Positions 55,989 to 64,000 of a DNA stretch of 64,000 nucleotides are shown piece after piece (within the stretch, counting starts at the first letter, position 1; the number at the start of each line of letters is the position of its first letter). The notes under the pieces are model-generated. The model was not told the origin of the DNA. It saw only the letters and a program-made list of their open reading frames with translations, and made no database searches. This stretch comes from Octopus sinensis (Eukaryota), in assembly GCF_006345805.1 (NCBI RefSeq), contig NC_043012.1, positions 24,862,001 through 24,926,000 on the forward strand, given 5' to 3'. Made by a program: the position numbers and the translations under genes.

Positions 55989-56314
55989 CCAAGAATCGAG
56001 GTGTAAGAAGAAAGTTCATTTCAATCAAACGGTAGTAAATAAATAAAACAGCTTCCGGGGATAATAGTGGTTTATTGAGACGGAAAGTTGTGGATTTTTT
56101 TTTTATTGGAGTACCATAAATTGCAAGAAGTTCTTTCTATATTTCACGGTAAGCAGCCAGGGTAGCCGGGTATACGTAAAAGAATACAAGAGTTAAAGAA
56201 CGGAGTAGATAAGATCTGAGCTACATACGCCTCATAGCGAGCGGAACCTCGGAAGTGGTAAATATTCAAGCGAGGTGTATACCGCAGGCTCCTCTTCAGG
56301 CCAAAGATATCTTG

Positions 56315-56391
<77 letters not shown>

Positions 56392-56476
56392 TTTAGTGCC
56401 CATGCACGCTTCGTTCGGCTAAGTCTCTCAAAAGTATTATTTTTACAGTTCTATATTTAAGAGATGAAGAATTATG

Positions 56477-56627
56477 TACATTATTTACATTTGACGGATA
56501 TTTGTCCTCACCTTGTTTCGAAATTTCCCCCAAGACACCTGATGAAGGCTGGAGGGTATATCAGCCGAAACGTTGTGTTAGCAAAAAGCAAGATGAGGAC
56601 AAATATCCATCAAATGTAAATAATGTA
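56477..56627 (+). mobile_element. 5'-truncated HHR element (27012 family) with 39-bp inverted terminal arm
   Basis: 56477-56515 is the reverse complement of 56589-56627 with 2 mismatches and encloses the HHR. Confidence 0.85.
56534..56579 (+). ncRNA. Minimal type I hammerhead ribozyme
   Basis: GACAC-CTGATGA-A-GGCTG(gagggtatat)CAGCC-GAAA-CG-TT-GTGTT. Confidence 0.85.
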
Positions 56628-57074
56628 TTACTTTTGATACTGAGCCTGATGTAACGCAACCTGGGTACTAAATAATATATGTATATTATAGTATTATGAA
56701 TTATATTCATATTATTATTAGTATTCGTGCTCATAAAATGTGCTTCCCATGTTGTATTGAAACAACTGTAACTACAGAATTGAAAATAATACAATAAACT
56801 CCAGTCATTGTTTTAATTTATACATACTCTACGACTAATAGACTTGACGAGAAATTGAGTGTTAAAACACCTGAGAGTCATAGAGAGGTGAGACAACTCG
56901 CCTCCAGGTTTGCTTAGTTTTGGCTTATTTCCCGGCCCTGCCTCTGAAATCGATCCTCGTGAAGAACAAGTTGGACAGAGCCGCGTGTTTCATATATTTG
57001 TAAGTCTGTTCTGGTAGCATATATTTATAAGTCGATGCCTGATCAAAGTTTGTTAATTTCACTTTATCACTGCT

Positions 57075-57320
57075 CACTTTATTTCACGTTGCTCCAGTTC
57101 ACTCAGCTGTAGAAATGAGTTGCGACGTCACTGGTGCCAAGCTGTATCGACCTTTGTCTTTCCCTTGGATAACACTGGTGGCGTGGAGAGGGGGAGGCTG
57201 GTATGCATGGGCGACTGCTGGTCTTCCATAAACAACCTTGCCCGGACTTGTGTCTAGGAGGGTAACTTTCTAGGTGCTATCCTATGGTCATTCATGACCG
57301 AAGGGGGTCTTTACCCTTTT
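57075..57320 (+). mobile_element. SINE with family C core but a different tail (E)
   Basis: CACTTTATTTCACGTTGCTCCAG..CACTCAGCTG core; tail ends GGTCA-TTCA-TGACC hairpin then GAAGGGGGTCTTTACCC. A short minus-strand copy of this tail end lies at ~30771-30797. Confidence 0.75.
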
Positions 57321-57574
57321 AATTAAGATAGATTTGTGTACCTACCTTAAAATGAGTACATATATAGAATACGAGTGAGAGAGTAATTAGGTAACAGACA
57401 GAAAGTTTACTTAACTGATCTTAAACTCACGCATAACAATTATCTCCCCTCCCTTCGCTTTACCTGTCTCCCTATTTATAGACCAATGGCAGTGTCTCTT
57501 ATCTTAGTCTTTCACACACATCATTCTAGCATAATCCATTCCATTCTCACATAAATCTCTTAATTTCGACGAGC

Positions 57575-57620
<46 letters not shown>

Positions 57621-57987
57621 ACATGGTGTGTGTGTGTGTGCTGTATAAAACCTGGTGTGTGTGTGTATGTATATATAACACGGTGTGTATATGTTTATAT
57701 ATGCATATATATAACATGATGTATGAATATATATATATATATGGTATATATATATTTATATATGTTTATATGTGATATATACATACATATGCGATATGTG
57801 TATGTATATATATGTACACTCGTATACGACCTATGTGTGTCTAAATATATATACACACACTCGCATACAATATGTACCTATATATATATATATATATATA
57901 TATACGTGCGTGTGTGTATACACGCGTATTATATATATAACATGTGTGTGTGTATACACGCGTATGATATATATATATATATACACG

Positions 57988-58029
<42 letters not shown>

Positions 58030-58420
58030 ACATGGTGTGTGTGTGTGTGCTGTATAAAACCTGGTGTGTGTGTGTATGTATATATAACACGGTGTGTATA
58101 TGTTTATATATGCATATATATAACATGATGTATGAATATATATATATATATATATGGTATATATATATTTATATATGTTTATATGTGATATATACATACA
58201 TATGCGATATGTGTATGTATATATATGTACACTCGTATACGACCTATGTGTGTCTAAATATATATACACACACTCGCATACAATATGTACCTATATATAT
58301 ATATATATATATATATACGTGCGTGTGTGTATACACGCGTATTATATATATATACATGTGTGTGTGTATACACGCGTATGATATATATATATATATACAC
58401 GCACGCACACACACACACAT
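57575..58420 (+). repeat. Tandem duplication of a ~417-bp microsatellite-rich unit
   Basis: ATAACATGGTGTG...AAAACCTGG...CTCGTATACGACC...CACGCGTATG occurs twice in register. Confidence 0.85.
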
Positions 58421-58520
58421 GTAATATCTACTGCATAACTACTGTCATAGCATCGTCTTCCTCGACTGACAATACCATTCCAACCATGATCCCAACCCCA
58501 ACTCCACCAGTCCGACCACC

Positions 58521-58552
<32 letters not shown>

Positions 58553-59146
58553 CCACAAAGGTACAATTACTACAATTGCAATCGCAAACAAGTTTTCATT
58601 CCCAGAATCAGTTCATCTTTCACTCCACACATTGTGGATATTCAAACCATTCCTTAATCAACTGTGTGTGCAGTATTTCATTTCCACAAGAGATAATAAG
58701 TTAGATACAGGCAACCGTTCTTCATCTTGGAATTGGCTTCATTCTAGAATTGCAGCTTAGACGATCCGTTTCCACAATTTTCTGTCACTTAATCTTAGTC
58801 GTGTTTAAACAGCAAAAATCTAGTTAAGTGTTTAATTGGGTTTTGGGTAAAATCCAACAGTTTGTGGTGTGGGAAGTGATATTACCAGAGAGAAGTTTCA
58901 CACGTTAGGTGGAGCCACCGTAGAATAAACGGAAACCATTTCAGGCCGACCGGTCGAAATCGAACCTGATTAAATCATGACCTGTGTGTGTGTGTGTATG
59001 TGTGTGTGTGTTTGGACGCACTTGTGCAGTGTTTTGTATGTATGTATGTTAAATGCACATATGATGTACATCTATATATCGATGTTTGTATTTCTGGATG
59101 TATGTATGTATGTATTTATGTATACATATATAAAACTATGTACGTA

Positions 59147-59205
<59 letters not shown>

Positions 59206-59513
59206 TACACTCATACACACACACGTGTGTGTGTTCAGGCATATATAAATGTATGGAACAACTTATCTGTGTGCACGTATATATATATATGTACACACAC
59301 ACATACACATATATAGTTTTAGATGAATATTTTAATGTATAATACTTCAACGCTACAGTTTGCGTGTGCGCACGCGTGTGTTTTGCGTGCATCACTCGGA
59401 AACGAAGATGTCCTTGAAACTGTACCATGCTTTCATTAATCGCTTGGTTTGCCTATGAAGCTCCGCTGGCACACACACAAACACGACGACGTACACTATC
59501 ACATTATATATAT

Positions 59514-59907
59514 ACTCTTTTACTTGTTTCAGTTATTTGACTGCGGCCATGCTGGAGCACCGCCTTTAGTCGAGCAAATCGACTTATTCTTTGTAAGCCC
59601 AGTACTTATTCTATAGGTCTCGTTTGCCGAACCGCTAAGTGACGGGGACGTAAACGCACCAGCATCGGTTGTCAAGCAATGCTAGGGGGACAAACACAGA
59701 CACACAAACACATACACACACATACATACATACATTTATACATATATACGACAGGCTTCTTTCAGTTTCCGTCTACCAAATCCACTCACAAGGCATTGGT
59801 CGGCCCGGGGCTATAGCAGAAGACACTTACCCAAGATGCCACGCAGTGGGACTGAACCAGGAACCATGTGGTTGGTTAGCAAGCTACTTACCACACAGCC
59901 ACTCCTG
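59514..59907 (-). mobile_element. SINE family A (near full length, small internal deletion)
   Basis: Reverse complement of family A. Confidence 0.9.
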
Positions 59908-61157
59908 TTTGTGTGTATGCTTGTGTATGTTGACCTATACGCCCATATGCATATAGATGAGCGTTTGTGTGTGTAGTTACAAGACATTTCTCTCAGATAC
60001 ACCGGGATGCGTCATAAGTCTTCCTGGGGTCGTAGGAAATTTCATGTAGGAAATTTCAGTATTAACCCTTCTCGCCCTTCAGTAATCAACTCCCGACTTT
60101 CATCAGAGCAATCGGTAACCGCGGGCCTGTCGTCTCTATCTGAAGCTCCCACTTCCTCCGACCTCCGGAATTTCTTTGGAGCTTCGCTGATGGAGCGCAT
60201 ACGCCAATTCTCTATGCTTCACAAGCCATTCCGCGCCGCGTTGGAATTCTTCAATAATCATAGACCCCCCCCCCTTTGTGTCTCCGTGTTTCTCGTGAGT
60301 CTATTGTCCTGCGCCTGGAAAGTGACCCTACAATGCAGGGATGGACACGATTACTTTTATGCGAGAAAACCACCAATTGGAAGAGTTCTGCCAAAAAGCT
60401 CTGTGTTGTGTTATTATTTCTATCGTGTGTTTTAGAACTCAGAATGTCGGGGTTATCCCGTTTCTATGGCGCATAAATGACCGAGCTCGCAAGGTTCCTC
60501 GCCCCTCAACGGGATGCCAGTCTGTCAGCTTTTATCTCCTACTTCAAGATCATTGATCTCTACTCAAAACCTTTCCTTTCACTATTCCCCATTTTTTAAT
60601 ATCTGATTTGCGAAGTCATTGTTAAGCTGTTATTCCACGCAGATTGGCAGAATTGTTAGAGTGCCATGCAAAGTATCGTGCAATATTTCTTTTGATTTTT
60701 TTACGTTCTGAATTCAAATCCCGTTGAGCTCAGCGTTACCGAATATTCTTTAGGGATCGATAAAATAAAGTACCAGTCGCGTACTGTGAAAGTTTTGGTT
60801 ACATTAACAACTGACGTGGGCAGGATATTATCAAAATTGCATCAAGTTCAACCAAATGGTTATATTAAATTTGGAACTGCCATCCGGGTTGCTCACGTAA
60901 GTATCAACAGATGTTGAGAATAATAATGGGGTAGAAAGGGCTCCTTAGCCGTAGTGAAGGCAATCTGTCTAGGGAGATAACCTTACAGTAAATCACTCGG
61001 TCCATAGCTTAGAAATACTGGGTTGACGTCTAGCGGGAACAGCTTTGTTTCAAGGAGGAGGAAAGATCTTCTTTAGTACTTGGTTGTACAATGCTTTCCA
61101 ATGTGTGTAGTAGTGGCACGTGCACACATTATTAGCCATTTGAAAAGACTATGAAAG

Positions 61158-61190
61158 TCTCGACCACGGTCGAACAATGATGATGATGAA
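61158..61190 (+). mobile_element. ~35-bp RTE 3' end (same family as 1986-2429)
   Basis: GTCTCGACCACGGTCGAACAATGATGATGATGAA matches the 3' end of the RTE copy. Confidence 0.8.
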
Positions 61191-61978
61191 GGTCGATGTC
61201 ATCGACTAATCCTCTCCTCTTAAAATTCCTCAACTTAAATTAGACAACTATATTACTTCTTGCATTTGTGTGTTTGAACATAATCGAGACAAATGAAGGT
61301 GGCTATTTGTTCGCTGAACCAGTTTGGCTATTCTCTTGGATAAAGTATCCACTAGAGAATGGAACACGTGTGACTATGATCGTATTTGGATGAACACAGT
61401 ACGATGCAGCATTGGGATCACTGGTTAATAAGACTGAACATCCAATCAATGATCTGAATATGACAGAATCTTGGCCGTAAGGAATTGTTGCAGCAACAAA
61501 AGCCAAATATCTTCAGGACAATAAAAAACAATAGATTAACATTTAGAATATAAATGCAGAAGCATCGAGAAATCTGTAAAAATAACGGTGTATTACGAAA
61601 CATTGCGATACACTGATTTACATATATATATATATATTATATGTAGAAAAATACAAACTGGGACAAGAACGTAAAACATTTAGAAGACGATACAAAAAAC
61701 ACGGACGGGACATTCGAAGCCTTCAATCTTCAGTCAAGAACCGGATCATCCTAACAATTTCGGCTGATTAATCTTGAGATCGCTCCGATCCGGCCAGCCC
61801 CAAGGAAAAACTAAGCTACGAGCATTAGATTTCTTGGAAAAAGGATCGAATGTATACGAAACAGGGATAGAAAAACGGACGATGCCGCCCGAATATAAAA
61901 TACAAAAAACAATAATGGTAAAAACAGGACAAAAACAGCGGGTGTCTTACGACTAATAGACAGTACAACTTAGTTTAG

Positions 61979-62025
<47 letters not shown>

Positions 62026-62469
62026 TTGTATCTACAACAGGTGAGATGGCCGTACGAAAAGTTTCGATTGTGGTGAAACCTTTGGAATTTGAAATGACGC
62101 ATTTCAAGTGGCTAAGAGCCATGAAACTACCATCAGTTCATCCTTTTCGCAGAAATGGATAACTCCTGAAAGGCTCATAGTCTTAACACCGCATTAAAAT
62201 CTGACAGAATTTAATCCGTCATTCCCAAACATTCTGTGAGTCTGCGAGTTTTTATGAAGTTTATAGAATTGAGAAAGAGTGCCGATTATGTTTTTAAAAT
62301 TGACTGGAAGATGGTATAGCGTTGTTTGAAAGCATTAGATTAGCTTTAATCGGGTGTGCCACATTGAATGCATTCATAGAATTCATTCAACACCTCAAAA
62401 TGATTTTTAGATTTTAGTTGACTCAACCAAAAATATTTAAAAACCAAATGGATTCTTCGGTTCACTGTG

Positions 62470-63456
62470 TCCCATTTTAATATGAACAAATGTAAATGTG
62501 ATTCTAAATATGGATTTTATGGATATATGCATGCATCATTGAAATGTTCTGGATTTTGTAAAACTTATCTTAAATGTGGAAAAATAAAGACTTTCTCTTC
62601 TGTGGGATGTAGAGGGGCTGACACGCGACCGTCAGCAGTGGAGAGCGCTGGTGGACCTGGTTGGCTCTACGCATGATAACGCCCTTGTGACCATTTACCC
62701 CCAGCTCCATCAAGCAAGAGCATGTAGCCAAGTCTTGAATAGAATGTAAATCTACAAAAAGGTTCAAGAAATTGAAAAAGGAAGAATTTACAATTATTTA
62801 TGAAATTGGCATAAAAATACTACAATGAGCAATATGAAAGCCAAAAATGTTAGTTGAAATATAAGCTGACACTGGTAACTCTAATGCTTCGGTACTTCGG
62901 GATGGATTTCAATAAACCAAGATTCTGAAAATGTAATTTCAAGCTAAAAATAATTTGATGGATCACTCGTTGAAATTTCGAGCAAGTTTGAAGAATTAAT
63001 GGAAACTGATAAAAAGAAAAAAAGGTTCTGAGTGTTGTTGCTGCTGACTGTAAAAGCAAAAAAACAAAACAAAAACAAAGCAAAAACATTAAGGGTTTGT
63101 TTGGTATGGACGTGATGAATGTTGAGAGTTCAACATTAATTCTTGAGATTAAAGCTTTATGACAATTTAGAAGATTAGGAGGTTTCAAGGCTAACATTCT
63201 TCTCAAAGGAAATATCTGGCCATGTTGTTTTGAGGCGAAATCATTACTAATGCACATTAAACAATTAGTCAGAGGCTGAAGAAACTAATTAATGAAGGTC
63301 TTTTAGAAGTTCCACCCGGAAGGAATAAATGAGTTGCTTCTTTAATGGTTGTGCGAAAATCAGATGAAGATTCCAGAATATGTGGAGACTATAAAGTAAG
63401 AATTTAAAGTTCAATAAGAATCATATTCTTCAACTCTGAATACTGAATCAATATTC

Positions 63457-63490
<34 letters not shown>

Positions 63491-63735
63491 CGAGTCATTT
63501 TGTTAAATTAGATTTGAAGAGGACACGTATCATCAGATAGAAATATATTCTGATGCAAGAAAAACAATAAATACATCAACAAGTCTTTTTACATATTTCC
63601 CACATGGAATTCGTCAACCAGTGCAAGGTTTTAGGGAGCAACCGAACATGTTGCAAATGGCATTTTTGGAAATTTTGTTTATCACAGAAAATATTGGTGG
63701 TAAAAATGTCGGATGTTTACGTATATTGGTGATGC
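62470..63735 (+). mobile_element. Decayed Ty3/Gypsy gag-pol (zinc knuckle, protease, N-terminal RT)
   Basis: Degenerate knuckle YGFYGYMHASLKCSGFCKTYLKCGK (62509-62604), DTG (62868), GLFGMD, RICGDYK (63375), FVKLDL (63498) and FTYIGD (63716). Many stops and frameshifts. Confidence 0.8.
62606..62680 (+). mobile_element. RTE-like 3' fragment nested in the Gypsy remnant
   Basis: DVEGLTRDRQQWRALVDLVGSTH, an RTE C-terminal DRxxWR motif; higher GC than its surroundings. Confidence 0.6.
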
Positions 63736-63739
63736 AGTT

Positions 63740-63990
63740 ATAGTTGTGTGGTTAAGAAGCTCGCTTTGCAACCACATACTTTCGGGTTCAGTCCCACTGT
63801 GTGACACATTGTCTTCTACTATAGCCCAGGGCCAATCAATGTCTTGTGAGTGGATTTCATAAACGGAAACTGTGTGCGTGGGTGGTTTCCCAGCAGCGTC
63901 ACAATCGGCTGGGGTTAATTTGTTTACATTTCCGTAACGTGGTGGTTCAGACGTAAAATATAAGTTGTGGAGTCGATTTTCTTTTCAATA
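63740..63990 (+). mobile_element. SINE family A, diverged
   Basis: GTTGTGTGGTTAAGAAGC...GGGTTCAGTCCCACTG...GTGAGTGGATTT. Confidence 0.75.
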
Positions 63991-64000
63991 AAACATTCCA

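Noticed and set aside
55990-56320. pLTR-like segment with CTGAAGAGG...CCTC on the minus strand
   Set aside because: No GAAA after helix II; at most a decayed remnant.
60007-60435. 142-aa ORF in a GC-richer segment
   Set aside because: No recognisable motif in any frame and no splice or promoter support; possibly a TE interior.
61640-61970. A-rich repeat with CTGAAGA-..GAAGGCTTC-GAATGTC on the minus strand
   Set aside because: GAAT instead of GAAA and no helix I; cannot be called a ribozyme.

Overview
AT-rich, microsatellite-saturated eukaryotic DNA with no recognisable host protein-coding gene. The repeat landscape looks to me like a coleoid cephalopod (Octopus-like) intron or intergenic region; this is inference from recalled repeat families, not a database result. 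Content: several modular tRNA-derived SINE families, 5'-truncated RTE and Tx1/L1 LINE ends, mariner remnants, a non-autonomous Helitron, a decayed Ty3/Gypsy gag-pol, and a 1.9-kb duplication flanking a 100-N gap (probable assembly artefact). The main unexplained signal is a set of about 11 type I hammerhead ribozyme (HHR) motifs in four non-coding repeat families. (1) A 5.5-unit, ~532-bp tandem array (47252-50212) has an intact HHR in every unit. (2) A diverged ~495-bp sister family (36330-37132) has a differently sequenced but still paired HHR helix I and hairpins, and a CCGAAGA core variant. (3) A tRNA-headed SINE-like element has a 3' tail carrying a Penelope-type minimal HHR (27012-27220; second copy at 56477-56627). 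(4) A fourth family lies at 7050-7463. Three of these insertions carry an inverted partial copy at the 5' end, as is typical of Penelope-like elements. Together they suggest a retrozyme / Penelope-parasitising RNA system. Novelty and ribozyme activity are untested.
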